A DNA stretch of 64,000 nt from Octopus vulgaris (lineage: Eukaryota): positions 4,402,001 to 4,466,000 of the forward strand of contig OX597822.1 in NCBI GenBank assembly GCA_951406725.2, written 5' to 3'. Of the stretch, positions 1 to 30,361 are shown one piece after another (the first letter of the stretch is position 1; every line of letters starts with the position of its first letter). A model generated the notes under the pieces. That model was not told the DNA's origin. It saw only the letters and a list, made by a program, of their open reading frames with translations, and searched no databases. A program made the translations under genes and the position numbers.

Positions 1-103
1 CTGCATATTTTTGTGAAGGGAATATTTGCGTATTTCTATGTTATGTTCGTGTGTGCGAACATAACTTTGCATGCGCATATGCTTATATAACAAATAATGT
101 GCA

Positions 104-119
104 TGTGTGTGTGTGTGTG

Positions 120-207
<88 letters not shown>

Positions 208-211
208 CGTG
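104..211. repeat. (TG)n microsatellite
   Basis: Seen directly; representative of many (TG)n, (TA)n, (TC)n, (ATT)n and (GATA)n tracts. Confidence 0.95.
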
Positions 212-999
212 TTCTTATGAGAGTAAAGTAGATGAATATGGACACTCCCCGGAGTGAAAGTGACATTATTAAGTCAGCGTTTTTCATAGGGAAGAGAGAA
301 GGCTCAGCGGTGTAGGGTGTGTTTCGGCTGCCCTGTGCGATACCCAAATTGACTTCCCCCTCTTTACCTGCGACATACATTTAAAGAAGTCCTCTCCGTG
401 CGGTCAGCGCACCACAAACTACACAACCGGAGTGGCTGCCGTGGATAGTGGTGGAGGGAGTGTTGTGAGGATTGATTGAAATGAGGGTCACCCAAATTGT
501 CAGGTTTGATAAATTCAAGATGGTTTTAAACTGTTAAACTTGTCCCCCATCATGGCAAAAAAAAAAGCGGGGAAAGAAGAATTATACAGGGGCCAGGTTT
601 TATTCTACTGTCACTGGAAATCACTCTACAAATGTTTCTGTTTCTGAAGGAAATATTTGTAACGCGTATTCCAACATGTGCTCGAATAAGTAACTGTTTA
701 GATGTATAAGTAATTGTATGTGTGCATTGGCAGAATCATTAGAGGGTTCGGCAAAGCGCTTTGCAGTATTTCCTCCGACTCTTTACGTTCTGAGTTCAAA
801 TGCCGCTGAGGTCAACTTCAAATTTCGTGTCTCCCAATCAAGTACTGAAACTGACGGTATTAATAAACATCTCCTCTCAAAATTTTTGACATTATTCCTA
901 AATCAAAAGCATTATAAAAGAGAGTGGCAGCAACAAATTTTCTCTGATATTTTTGGAAAGGGGTCTGGTATTTGTCAGTTTAAGAAACACTCTATTAAT

Positions 1000-1480
1000 T
1001 CAATTCTTCCTTGCACAGACTCGAGGGGTCACCTTGAACAAATACTAACAGTTTCTCTTACCTTTCTTGCCAGGGGATACAGTGAAGTCCCAAGTCCGAA
1101 AGAACAGATGGGAGTGGATTGCACAGACATCTTCAATGGTTGTGACACTGTATGAGGATCACAACAATTCATTACCTCCAATTGTCTCTGGACTCCTTGG
1201 CATTTGACCAAAGTATCTCACTGTCAAGATTGTGCGGAAACTGATATGTAATGGTGTTTCCATGTAAGACAAAACCAATCAATGACGTGCCCTCGAATTC
1301 CTTCTTTTCCAAACTCATCTTGTAGCAACAGAAACACAGTTGTGTCATCCAGTATCTCCTCGTCACAAAATAATGCAGACACAACAAACTGTGTGATGGT
1401 CGTCAGACATATGAACCGTATTTCAGCAGGTGTAGCGGTGTCTGAGAAGTTCTTTCTAGGATTCAATCTGCTCGACCTGT
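1000..1480 (-). pseudogene. Old non-LTR retrotransposon RT remnant (I/Jockey-like)
   Basis: LFCDEEILDDTT...GIRGHVIDWF resembles the RT motif FFDLEKAYDTT...GIRG; heavily decayed. Confidence 0.4.
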
Positions 1481-1584
1481 ATTAGGAAGAAGCAAGAAAA
1501 TTTACTTCGAACATAACCAGTTTCAGCTTTCCCGGCTGATCTCAGAATCTAGAGAATCGCTTTCTGAGAACGAAAGAAACAACA

Positions 1585-2200
1585 TAAAGTAAAATCTGGA
1601 TCTGGAAATATTTAAACTCTTACTGACAAACCGAACGGCCTTCAGCCTGAACAGCAGTCAGAACTCGCTTCCAAGGAAGTAGCACGCTTTAATACATATA
1701 TTGCAACATAGCGACACAGAACTGGCTGGTGGGGACCAGCTAAAGGAATATGACTATGGATGTATTTTCTTTTGGAAAGGAAAGGTCATGAGAAGTGTAG
1801 CGCTTACATGGAGTAAATTTTGTGATCCGGTCGACAGGCTATTATGATCAAGTTGACAGGCTATTAATGATCTGATCGATAATCTATGAATGAACTACCT
1901 ATCCGTATCAGTTAAAGATTGGTGATTATCCATATAAAGCTTATTAGCTCTAACAGATGCGCTACATCCATCAATGTACGTCCGTGTAGACACGGAAAAT
2001 AAGGAGAAACTTTACGCTAGCTTAGACTCCGTTCTATTTAGAATACCAAATCAAGATAAAAGTCATTTTGCTTGACGGTCACCATGCTAGAGTTTTCAAA
2101 GAGTCGAACTTCTGGAATGACGCAATTGAGAAGGAGTGAATAGGAAGGATTAGATAACTCGAATGATGTTCTGCTCCTAATTAAATGTCAGAAACACGAT
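1585..2200 (+). mobile_element. RTE-clade LINE APE endonuclease remnant
   Basis: Frameshifted translation pieces TLTDKPNGLQPE, ARFNTYIA, QLKEYDYGCIFFWKG and KEKLYASLDSVLFRIPNQDK are typical of the RTE/BovB N-terminus. Confidence 0.6.
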
Positions 2201-2871
2201 ACATTATTACGACCACAGAATCGTCTGCACGCCGGTCAAAATGTTAAGCGAAATTTTGTCTGTCTTTACGTTCTGAATTCAGATTCTGCCGAGGTCGACT
2301 TTGCCTTTTATCTTTTGGTGTCGATGAAATAAATACCAGCTGAGCACAGAGGTCGATGTTATCGACTGGCCTCCTTCCCAAAAATTTCTGGTCTTGTGCC
2401 CTATAGTAGAAAATATTATGCCAAACAGACAGATAGAAGAGCTCCTGACAGTATCCGTGATCAAAGTGTTGGTTCTCATCATACGGACACTCGATGAAAA
2501 TGGTGTACGCCTATCGATAAACCAAGCTCGCTAAAATAAGTTCTAGGCTGAAATAAGTTCTGGGATCTATAAGAACGCCTAAACCCCTTGACTGGAATCA
2601 GTAAAAGAATAGAGAATAGGCACAAAACGAATGGGTAAATGTTAAATGAGTTGAGTAACTGACTTGGTACCATGTTACCTATCCTGGAAGAATAAAAGGT
2701 GATGTGTAGCTTCTATAGGACAAAAGTTAATAATACAATGCATTTAAGTTCCACAACCTACGGTCTCACAGATGGCGCTACCACCTTCTGCCAAATCATG
2801 GCCTGAACAGTGAAAAAATTATTTTTCCAATCGTAAATACAATACATTTAGATGCTCGGTATTTTACAATC

Positions 2872-2934
<63 letters not shown>

Positions 2935-2999
2935 CCCTGCGTCTTACTCTCACTTTCCTTCATACACACACACACATATATTGATATTATAAGACGCAT

Positions 3000-3560
3000 G
3001 AAGTGGAAAGCAATTTTCTTCGACTAAGCTGCACTCTATCGGACAGAACGTTTGGCGCACCTGATGTCATAGCGGCAATAAACGAAACTAAACCCAATTC
3101 AACAGCAGACCCCGATAAATTCCCTGCTTGTGTCCTGCATCTCTTCTCGCTAATATGTGGGGTAACTCTCTGGATGCTGGCTTTATTCCTAAAAACTTTC
3201 TGCCCCAGTCTGTTTCCCAGCTTTCAAGAAGGAAAACACATCCCTTGCAGTAAACTACCACTCGATCTCACTCACCTCTCATATTATCAAGGTATTTGAG
3301 AGGGTGGTGAGATCACGAATAACACACTTTCTTAAAAGCAACAGACTGCTGAACCCCAACCAACATGGTTTCCGTAATGGAAGGAACTGCCTAACGCAGA
3401 TCCTACATCGCTATGAAGAGATTCTGAGAGCTTTGGGTGAGGGCTCCAACACCGATGTCATCTTCCTTGATTTCAGCAAGACTTCGACAGGGTTGATCAT
3501 AAGATTCTATTCAAAAAAACTATCCAACATTGGTGTCTCTGGAAAGTTACTGCTATGAGT
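3000..3560 (+). mobile_element. LINE RT fragment (CR1/Jockey group), decayed
   Basis: LLNPNQHGFRNGRNCLTQI...DVIFLDFSK; stops and frameshifts. Confidence 0.85.
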
Positions 3561-3721
3561 CAAGAACCTGACTGACGGAATGTTCGAATAGACGTGTAAA
3601 AGTTACACCTTTTGATTCGCCAAACAATGACGAGTTATACTTCAAACAGTTATTAAAGGAACACTCCACCAATCCGTGTAATTTGAAATAAAAGGCGTTC
3701 GTTTCACAGAAACGTACGTAA

Positions 3722-3856
3722 CTTGTTTACCAACTACATGGTTCCGGGTTCAGTCCCACTGCATGGCACCTTGGGCAAGTGTCTTTTACTATAGCCTCGG
3801 GCTGACCAAAGCCTTGTGAGTGGATTTGGTAGACGGAAACTGAAAGAAGCCTGTCG

Positions 3857-3888
<32 letters not shown>

Positions 3889-4095
3889 TGTATGTTTGTG
3901 TGTCTGTGTTTGTCCCCCTAGCATTGCTTGACAACCGATGCTGGTGTGTTTACGTCCCTGTCACTCAGCGGTTCGGCAAAAGAGACCGATGGAATAAGTA
4001 CTGGGCTTACAAAGAATAAGTCCCGGGGTCGAGTTGCTCGATTAAAGGCGGTGCTCCAACATGGCCGCAGTCAAATGACTGAAACAAGTAAAAAA
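3722..4095 (+). mobile_element. tRNA-derived CORE-like SINE with internal (TA)n/(TG)n
   Basis: ggttccgggttcagtccc...caccttgggcaagtg...aaatgactgaaacaagtaaaa; many copies in the window. Confidence 0.85.
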
Positions 4096-4453
4096 GTAAA
4101 AGAGAAAAGAGAGAACAGGAGTGGGTGTTGGGACTCCGACCGGGATCCGGAGCAGTACCTAGGGGCAGCTCACAGCCTGGTCGGGGGCGAAGAAGAATAG
4201 GCTTAACGCTGAAATATGTAAATTTTATATTTGTAGATTAATATTGTTGTCCTTTTTGTAAGAGTTTCATTGCTTCGTGTAATGATTTGTTAAAGAACAA
4301 TGTTATAGAGAAGCAGAGGGTCGGCGGGCGCTTTCTGTCTTCTCTCATCCTTATCATCCTTGTATCATTATCATTCATCTCATTAATGTCTTGTCCAGCC
4401 CACAAAGCTACCTAATCTATGTACTGTCTTCATGACAAATTTAATGAAATAAA

Positions 4454-4585
4454 GTAGCTTGCTCACCAACTACATGGTTCTGGGTTCAGTCCCACTGCGT
4501 GGCACCTTCGGCAAGTGTCTTCTACCAAAGCCGACCAAAGCCTTGTGAGTGGATTTGGTGGACGGAAACTGAAAGAAGCCTGTCG

Positions 4586-4668
<83 letters not shown>

Positions 4669-4870
4669 GTGTGTGTCTGTGTTTGTCCCCCTCCCCTAAC
4701 ATCACTTGATAACCGATGCTCGTGTGTTCACGTCTCCGTAACTTAGCAGTTCGGCAAAAGAGACCGATAGAATAAGTACTAGGCTAACAAAGAATAAGTC
4801 CTGGGGTCGATTTGCTCGACTAAAGGCGATGCTCCAGCATGGCCCCAGTCAAATGACTGAAACAAGTAGA
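4454..4870 (+). mobile_element. CORE-like SINE copy
   Basis: Same family as 3722-4095. Confidence 0.85.
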
Positions 4871-4919
4871 AGAGAGTAGAAGAAGAACACTGATTTGACA
4901 TCTCTTTTCTTAAAGTTAC

Positions 4920-5545
4920 AACATTTTCACGGAGCTGTTACTCAGAGTTTCACGTTCCCGTTCATCGGACGGTAGTGATGAATACTGAGTATTTCAAACG
5001 ACTGATCCTGTATGTGTTCTGGAGCCTCCCCGTTTTCCATAAATTGGCGCCACAAATTATTTACGAGTCAGGCACAAAAAAGAAAATGACTCTCCCCAGA
5101 CACAACAGAATATGCTTCAACACACGAACTCATATAAAGAATCTTGCAAACCAAATCCAAAAACGAAATATATGCATATATACATACATATATGTACATA
5201 CCTACACACACACATGTATATATATATCATTATTGTTTTTACGTATTTTTGTATTCTTATTCGTGCTATCATTATTGTTTTTACGTATTTTTGTATTCTT
5301 ATTCGTGTAACATCGTCTGTTTTTCCGTCCTTGTTTTGTATACATTCGAGACTTTCTTCCAAGGAATCTAATGCGCTTGGCTTAGATTTTCCTTTGGGGC
5401 TGGCCAGATCGGAGTAATCTCAAGATTAATCAGCCGAAATTGCGAGGATGATCCGGTTCTTGACTGAAGATTGAAGGCTTCGAATGTCCCGTCCGTGTTT
5501 TTGTATCGTCTTCTAAATGTTTTGCGTTCTTGTCCCAGTTTGTAT
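4920..5545. mobile_element. Penelope-like terminal-repeat fragments
   Basis: 5065-5170 matches the reverse complement of 55380-55480 next to a GIY-YIG ORF; 5330-5500 resembles 14420-14580; hammerhead-like motif at 4934-4974. Confidence 0.55.
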
Positions 5546-5551
5546 TTTTTT

Positions 5552-5563
5552 ACACACACACAC

Positions 5564-5608
<45 letters not shown>

Positions 5609-5712
5609 CATACATACATACATACATACATACATACATACATACATACATACATACATACATACTCGCGCGCACATACACACGCCACGCACACAAGCAC
5701 GCGCACACACAC
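5552..5712. repeat. Compound (CA)n(GATA)n(CATA)n microsatellite
   Basis: Seen directly. Confidence 0.95.
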
Positions 5713-6140
5713 TCACACCAAACCTAAAAGCTTGAAAAAAGCTGTTCTCAATGACTATAGAGAAACACAATCACGCAGAGTAGCCTCCCTTCCGCTGTAT
5801 CCACTCTTAATCTTCGTGGAATCTGGCAGCTGTTAGTTTCTTCGGTAGTTTTGTTGTATAACCATAAACACAGGCCTTTAATGCGGTTTCTTGCTCCAAT
5901 TATATTCTTCTAGGATTAAAGGTTTATGATTACGTATTATCTGAGAGGTAGAAGTGTTTGTTCTCTCATCCACCTTGCTGCATATTTTATTTGTTACAAC
6001 ATTTTCTCAAGTAGCTTTTAAATTTGCAAGGTGGCAGAATGGTTAGCACGCCGGACAAAATGCTTAGCAACGTTTCGGAAGTTTCTATATTAACTCCCGC
6101 ACGATTTTCGCTAAAAAAAAATATAGAAACTTGGATTTTG

Positions 6141-6585
6141 GGATCTTTTCGGTTTGACCGGCGGTTTTTAAAAATAATTTCCACGTAACTAAAAAATTTT
6201 AAACTTCGTATACTGGTAGAATGTGTTTATAAAACATCTTTTTCTCTTGGCTTTATTGAGAAAATTCTATAGTTTGTAAGATATTTGTTGTTTTTTTTCT
6301 TCAATTTCTGCAATTTCAACCAATCAGTGGCGTCTATTGAGTTAAAAAACATTCTGTGCCGTATGAATATGTCCCTCGTTTAAGAAACAGATTGGGTTTA
6401 TTTACATTTCTGGAGAAAAAAGATACCCTTCCCCCCGCCTCTAACCCTAACCCTAACTAATACTAACTCTAACCCTAACCCTAAAACAGATTGAAATGCA
6501 ATAGATCGATACTAGGGTCATAATTATGGGTGACAATTTCATATGACACCGCTAGAAAAAACTGCCGTTCAAACCGAAAAGATCC
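6141..6585. mobile_element. MITE with GGATCTTTTCGGTTTGA TIRs and internal (CCCTAA)n
   Basis: TIRs ggatcttttcggtttga / tcaaaccgaaaagatcc; flanks ggattttg / ggattttt (approx. 8-bp TSD). Confidence 0.85.
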
Positions 6586-7232
6586 GGATTTTTTTGCGTG
6601 GAATCAAGTACCCTGACCTCCTAATATGGTTCGGAAAAAAAGGGGTGGGGTAGGGAACGACCGCCCTCCCCCTCCTCCATCCCGGAATCATTGGAATTTT
6701 TCTTTTTATATTGAATGAATCCCTGTGACCTCCTAATATGCCACAAAACATTTTTTGGGGTCCGAAATCGGGGTGGGGTGAGGTGGAAGCCTCGGAAATT
6801 TCACCTCCACCACCATTGATCTTTTCACCCGCACTATTTTCACTAAGGACCACAATTTTGTTGTTATTTAGCCCCCAATCAACCCTGATACAGCAAACCT
6901 ATCATCAAAGACATTCCAGCCTTCAGCAAACCGTCTTTTTAGGGATAATCTAGGACATTACGTACAATGGGTGTGTGATTTAGGCAGGGCGATACTTTGG
7001 CTGCTATTTTTAGCGTGTCGAGCCACCAGGTAGAGGCTCTTTCATTGGTTCAATTGCGTGGTGAGATTTTTTTACGCATATATGTAATATGTATATATAT
7101 CATCGGCAGAAGTTAGAGAGTAAGTAAAATGCTGAAAGTTTCGTGTATTGGCACTTATCAAACACGAATTTGTCCATTGTTACTCTGTAACTTCTACCTA
7201 TTATTAATGTGTGTGTGTGTGTGCGCGTGCGT

Positions 7233-7331
<99 letters not shown>

Positions 7332-8304
7332 GGACCCGGAAGTTGTTCGCAAACAGCAGCAGCAATCTTCTTCAGCTGAATACACGTCATTGATTGGTTA
7401 AAATTACGACAACTTTATCGCGAAATAACTTCTAAAATACAAAATTTTGTCAAAAACGTTAAGAGTGTTCTATGTGATACGTTCTACCAGTATCCGAAGT
7501 TTCAAAGTGTTTAGGTAAAAAAAAAAATTAATTTAAAAATCTGGCCGTCAAATTGAATAGATCCATCAATTCTCCTCCGTAAATGCCAGGATCTGCAAAA
7601 TTGGCCTCGGTAGAAATTCTCACCCCTCTGACTCATAAATAATGTGTTGCATCAATTTATGAGAAAATGGAGGCGCCAGGACACATACAGGGTTAGTCAT
7701 TTGAAATATATTACGCGCAACGTGTTTGGACCTTCGATTCACTTCCCGCGCAAAACTTAACTAATCACAATACAGGGCTCATTAAAGGTCCAATAATTCA
7801 TATGACAGGTATTTCAACCAATCACAACAAATTAGCGTGATGAGCTTATATAACCAAAACTTAATATTCTTAAATATACACTAATACAAATTGATCATAA
7901 GACTAGGTACCATGAGGTGTTTGTTCTCTGGAGTTTATTCTGCAGTAAGCATTTGGTTCAGCTATCAGTTTGGGGACACCTTCCTCCCTCCCTCCTTTTC
8001 ATCCACAGGCCTTGCAAAAATTGTTTGTGTATCTGTGTTTGTCTCCCACCATCGCTTGACAACTGATGTTGGTGTGTTTACGTCCCCGTCACTTAGTGGT
8101 TCGGCAAAAGAGACCGATAGAATAGGCTTGCAAAGAATAAGTCCTGGGGTCGATTTGTTAGACTAAAAGCGGTGCTCCAGCATGGCCGCAGTCAAATGAC
8201 CGAAACAAGTATAAGAATAAAAGAATAATAATTTAGAAACTTCAAAAGAATGTGGAATGATTTTTTTTTTTAACAGTTGAACTCGAAGTAGATAAAGCTA
8301 TAAA

Positions 8305-9090
8305 TAATGGTTTCACATTTAGGCACAAGCCTAGCAAGTTCAGGTGTGAGGGGTAAGTCTATTACATCGAACACAGTACTCAAATGGTACTTATTTTATC
8401 GACCCCGAAAAGATGGAAAGCAAAGACGTCAAAAGCGAAATTTGAACTCAGAATGTAAAGACGGACGAAATACCACTAAGTATTTTGTCCTGCGTGCTAA
8501 CGATTTTTTTCTACTCTATGTACAAGTCCCGAAATTTTGGGAGGAGGGGTGGGGGTCAGTCGATTACATCGACCCCAGTACGCAACTGGTACTTACTTCA
8601 TTGACCCCGAAAGGATGAAAGACAAAGTCGAACTCAGCGGAATTTGAACTCAGAACGTAGCGGCAGACGAAATACCTATTTCTTTACTACCCACAAGGGG
8701 CTAAACATAGAGGGGACAAACAAGGACAGACAAAGGGATTAAATCAATTACATCGACCCCAGTGCGTAACTGGTATTTAGTTTATCAACCCCGAAAGGAT
8801 GAAAGGCAAAGTTGACCTCGGCGTAATTTGAACTCAGAACGTAGCGGCAGACGAAATACCTATTTCTTTACTACCCACAAGGGGCTAAACACAGAGGGGA
8901 CAAACAAGGACAGACATAGGTATTAAGTCGATTACATCGACCCCAGTGCGCAACTGGTACTTAATTTATCGACCCCGAAAGGATGAAAAGCAAAGTCGAC
9001 CTCAGCGTAATTTGAACTCAGAACGTAACGGCAGACGAAATACCGCTAAGCATTTCGCCCGGCGTGCTAACGTTTCTGCCACCTCGCCGC
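8305..9090 (-). mobile_element. Tandem array of Meta-domain-like tRNA SINE (approx. 184-bp unit)
   Basis: ttacatcgaccccagt recurs near 8563, 8747 and 8931; core gaggtcgactttgcctttcatcctttcggggtcgataa on the minus strand. Confidence 0.8.
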
Positions 9091-9518
9091 TTTAAGATAA
9101 AACCATAGATACTAGCGTGCAAAAAAACTGGGTTAAAAGCCGTTTGGCAAGAAAAAGTCGAATGTCGCTTTAGGTTTTTAAACCAATGCTATTATTTATA
9201 GCTTTATCTACTTCGAGTTCAACTTTTAAAGACGATCTTTTTTTAATAAATGCCATATGAGATAATAAAAGTCCTGATATTCCTAACAGAACAAGGAAGG
9301 CAAACTAGCAGAATTGCTATCAAGCCGGGCAAAATGTTTAGCGGCATTTCGTCCGTCTTTACGTCCTGAGTTCAAATTCCACCGAGGTCAACTTTGCTTT
9401 TTATCTTTTGCAGGCGATAAAACAAGTACCAGTTGAGTAGTGAGGATCGATGTAATCGACTTACCCACTCACCTGAAACCTCTGGCCTTCTGCCAAAATT
9501 TGAAACCAATATTTAGAC

Positions 9519-9519
<1 letters not shown>

Positions 9520-9578
<59 letters not shown>

Positions 9579-9580
9579 CA

Positions 9581-9636
<56 letters not shown>
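9520..9636. repeat. (ATT)n microsatellite
   Basis: Seen directly. Confidence 0.95.
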
Positions 9637-9640
<4 letters not shown>

Positions 9641-10302
9641 TCACTGCCTGGAATCGAACTCGGAATCTTGGGCTAACTAACTCTTAACCACTACGCCACA
9701 TGCCCGTGAGCATTTGCAGTGTTTACTCCGACTCTTTACGTTCTGAGTTCAAATCAGTTTTATATCAATTGTATCTTTATTCCCACCGCGGTTGATTTAG
9801 ATAAAATACCAATCAAGTACTGTGTTGAAATGATCGACTACCCCTCCCCTCAAAATTGCTGGCTTTATGTTTAACTCAGAAGCCATTATTATTAAGTTAT
9901 ACTCTAACCACTTCCCTCAAATTTCTGGCTATATATCAATGTCAGAATTCATTATTACTTTGAAAAGCATGTGTCGTGGGTTAGCAGAATCGTTAGTGCG
10001 TTGGATAAACTACCAAGCAGTATTTGTTCTAACACTTTATGTCGAGAGTTCAAATCCTGCCGAGATCACCTTTGCCTTTTATTCCTCCAGGTTCGATAAA
10101 ATGAAGTATCGGCCTAGTACTAACTTTCATATAATCATCAAACTCTCTCTCTCCCTCAAAACCTGTGGCCTTATGTCACAAAATCGCTAGCTTGGTGCCA
10201 AATTTAGAAATAAGTGGGTGAGTTAGAAAGTAATGCAATTTTAATGTGCATTACTTTTTGATTCCCTATTGCATATATAAAAGTTAATCAAAAGGCAATG
10301 TA

Positions 10303-11985
10303 TCAGGTCAGCCCATAAGTTCTGTCCGAATTTTGAATAAAGAAAACAAGTGATCAAATGTTATATTTAATTGAAATTTAATCATCAATGTACTTTCCCT
10401 TGATTATCTATGACTTCCTTCCATCTATTTACAAGCTTTTTAATCCCATCAATGTAAAACTCTTTTGGTTTCAAAGCGAAGAACGCCGAAATGTCAGTTT
10501 CGACCTCCTCCTGGCTTGCGAAAGCTATGTCCCCCAAATGATTCTGTAAACTAAGAAACGAATGGTAGCCTGAAGGAGCAAGTTCGGGAGAATAAGGTGG
10601 ATGAGGAATTTTTTCCCAACCAAGCTCTTCGATCTTCAGTGATGGGGTCGCGCATTGTCCAGATGAAACATCACTCCTTTTCAATTCACTAAAGAGGGTC
10701 TTTTTTTTTCTTCAAAGCTTGGTTCAAACGCTCTAATTGCTGACAGTAAACTTGAGCCTTTATTGTTGCATTAGGTGGTAACAATTCAAAGGGAATTACT
10801 CTTTTGCAATCCTACTAGATAGAGAGAAGAACCTTTTTTCCCCATGAAGTTCCCTTCTCGGTTGTGGTTGAGCTTTTTTTCCCTTTTACCAAGCCACTGT
10901 TTACGACGTTTAACATTTCGATAGGGGATCCATTTTTCCTCACCAGTTACAAGTCTGTCCAAAAAAGATGAAATGAGTTCGCGGGAATGGAGAGAAGAGC
11001 AGATGTCAACTCGAAATTTGCGTTTGCTTTCGGACAATTCATGAGGCACTCATTTTCCAAGTTTAGGAACCTTTCCAAGTTGTTGAAGATGACGATGAAC
11101 AGTCGTATGGTTTGAACTAAACTTTATTGCCAATTCTTCAACTGATAATGCAGGATTTTCTTCAAGTAATGCCTCAAGGAGCTTATCATCAAATTCAACT
11201 GGACGTCCTGTTCGATATTCATCTTCAAGGCTGAAACCTCCACTTCTGAATTTTGCAAATCATCTTCTGCAAGTTCTTTCATTCAAGCATTCTTTCCCAT
11301 AAACTGAATGTATGTTTCGAGTCGTTCCGGCATCAGAGTTTCCTTTTTTTGTTCTCATAAAGCATTATGTGCCTCAAATGCTCTTTGAATACTTCCATAT
11401 TAGAAAGGGTTTTAATCAAAGAAATCTTAATTCTGTTATTCTGTAAAATAATATTAATCGATATTAATCGTCTGGAAACCGTTCAGCGCCGTGCAACCAA
11501 GAGAATACCCTCCATCAGGCATTTGCCATATTCTGAACGCCTTACTTCCCTGGGCATGGATACATTGAAACTCTGACGTCTGGCAGATGACTTGGCAGAC
11601 ACCCATAAAATTATTAACCATCTTACTAATAACTCTGAGCACCTTTTCAAACTCCACCCGTCTAACACCCGTGGACATGTTTACAAAGTCAGAAAACAGC
11701 ACAGTTCCCATGACTTTCGGAAACATTTTTTTCATGCTAAGAGTTGCTGAAGTCTGGAACAAACTGCCGACATCAGTTGTTAGTTGTCGGAGCACTGTAT
11801 CCTTCAAAGCCTCCATGCTTCCTGAGATTCGCCAACACAACACCTGATTTTCTCCCCTCCATACACACGCAAGCATGTATCTGACTCATACACTGTTCAC
11901 TTCCCAGACATTTGTACATTACTGCATATGCTTTATATGCACTTTTGACAAGTTGTGGTGCACCTGAGAACTGTATACAATAATT

Positions 11986-12034
<49 letters not shown>

Positions 12035-12183
12035 CATTATTATTATTATTATATTTAATTAGTTTAAATGTACACAAATGCATAAAAATAATTTTTAATT
12101 CTATTAGACATTCTAAAATACTTTTAAATTTCATTCAATTTTAAAAAAAGGGAAAATCGGACAGAACTTACGGGATGACCTGA
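10303..12183 (-). mobile_element. Mariner transposon, defective, with nested LINE fragment
   Basis: TIRs tcaggtcagcccataagttctgtccga / tcggacagaacttacgggatgacctga with TA flanks; transposase motifs (W)VPHELSE, LVTGEEKW and HPPYSPELAPSGY; frameshifts. Confidence 0.93.
11468..12050 (+). mobile_element. 5'-truncated CR1-group LINE 3' end inserted in the mariner
   Basis: LETVQRRATKRIPSIRHLPYSERL...TRGH with (ATT)n tail; same family as 14915-17490. Confidence 0.9.
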
Positions 12184-12319
12184 TAAATAAAAAACTGAAT
12201 TTCTAACTTGCCCTCGTAATTATGTCATGAAGCTAATCGTAAAAGAAAAAAATGAAAGAGGGAGATAACTCTTAATGATTTCGTCAACACAGCTGACGAA
12301 TTATCTTCCCATTTCCAGT

Positions 12320-12421
12320 TCTCACAACACCCTTTCGCCCCGAGAATCACTTGACCTATTTAATCGGAGGTTCCCTCCTCCTTTTCGAGGCGCGGTTTCG
12401 CACGTGGATCGTATAAACAGA
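12320..12421 (+). promoter_or_regulatory. Putative CpG-rich promoter/5'UTR of SAT-like A with E-box
   Basis: Local CpG cluster immediately 5' of the ATG; CACGTG at 12401-12406. Function is inferred. Confidence 0.35.
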
Positions 12422-29141
<16,720 letters not shown>

Positions 29142-29487
29142 TTTAATAGTGATAACCAATTTTATCTTCAGAAGTCATTGTCACTTTATAGTCATTCCCA
29201 ACATGTTTGATTATCTCCCTTATACCGGAAAAAATCCCTGATTACCTTCCCCTGCCTGGAACTCCATATTTCACAACATTGTGAAGACATGACACGATAT
29301 AGGTAAAGAAATTTGAGAAATTTGAAAAGAAAATACGAGACCGGTTATTTCTCCAAAAACTATGTTACTATACGCAAAATTTTATAACATTTTTCTAACA
29401 TAACGACTTAAATATATTCTTTAACCATATAACACAAGTCTTCTGTAGTTTTTTCACTCTTTGTTTTATATATCTCTTTCTCTTTCT

Positions 29488-29885
29488 CTTTTACTTGTTT
29501 CAGTCATTTGACTGCGGCCATGCTGGAGCACCGCCTTTAGTCGAGCAAATCGACCCCGGGACTTATTCTTTGTAAGCCCAGTACTTATTCTATCGGTCTC
29601 TTTTGCCGAACCGCTAAGTGACGGGGACGTAAACACACCAGCATCGGTTGTCAAGCAATGCTATGGAGACAAACACAAACACACAAACACAGACACACAA
29701 ACACACACATATATATATATACATATATACGACAGGCTTCTTTCAGTTTCCGTCTACCAAATCCACTCACAAGGCATTGGTCGGCCCGGGGCTATAGCAG
29801 AAGACACTTGCCCAAGATGCCACGCAGTGGGACTGAACCCGGGACCATGTGGCTGGTTGGCAAGCTACTTACCACACAGCCACTC

Positions 29886-29888
<3 letters not shown>
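29488..29888 (-). mobile_element. CORE-like SINE copy, young
   Basis: Near-consensus sequence with CpGs retained. Confidence 0.88.
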
Positions 29889-29963
<75 letters not shown>

Positions 29964-30059
29964 CACACATGCATGCACATGACAAGCTCTTATTGAAGAT
30001 GACGTATGAGTGTTCAACTTTTTCTAAATGACCTGCACAAATGATTTGTGCTGTACATT

Positions 30060-30208
<149 letters not shown>

Positions 30209-30361
30209 AAATCAGCATTTCCTGGGCAGGTGCATGGTGTACCACACCTCAAGAGTCAAAGTGATCACAGAGCAACACGAGAAGAAATGTTTCGCTCAAG
30301 AACTGAAACCTTGATCTTGTGATCATAAGTGCAACACCCTAGCTACTAAGTCATGCACACT

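Noticed and set aside
36-380. ORFs rich in HT, CV, YI, SL, ER or poly-L repeats throughout the ORF track
   Set aside because: They are translations of microsatellites and SINEs, not genes.
240-500. GC-rich segment as ncRNA or HDV-like ribozyme
   Set aside because: A consistent nested pseudoknot could not be built by eye; probably a retroelement fragment.
6437-6485. (CCCTAA)n as a telomere or fusion scar
   Set aside because: Short and internal to a MITE; recurs in each copy.
7560-7860. E2F-like (ttcccgcgcaaaa) and CCAAT motifs as a promoter
   Set aside because: No linked exon found, and neighbouring sequence is repeat-derived.
10385-11049. SETMAR-like domesticated gene
   Set aside because: Has TIRs, TA flanks, frameshifts and degenerate catalytic Asp positions; a dead mariner.
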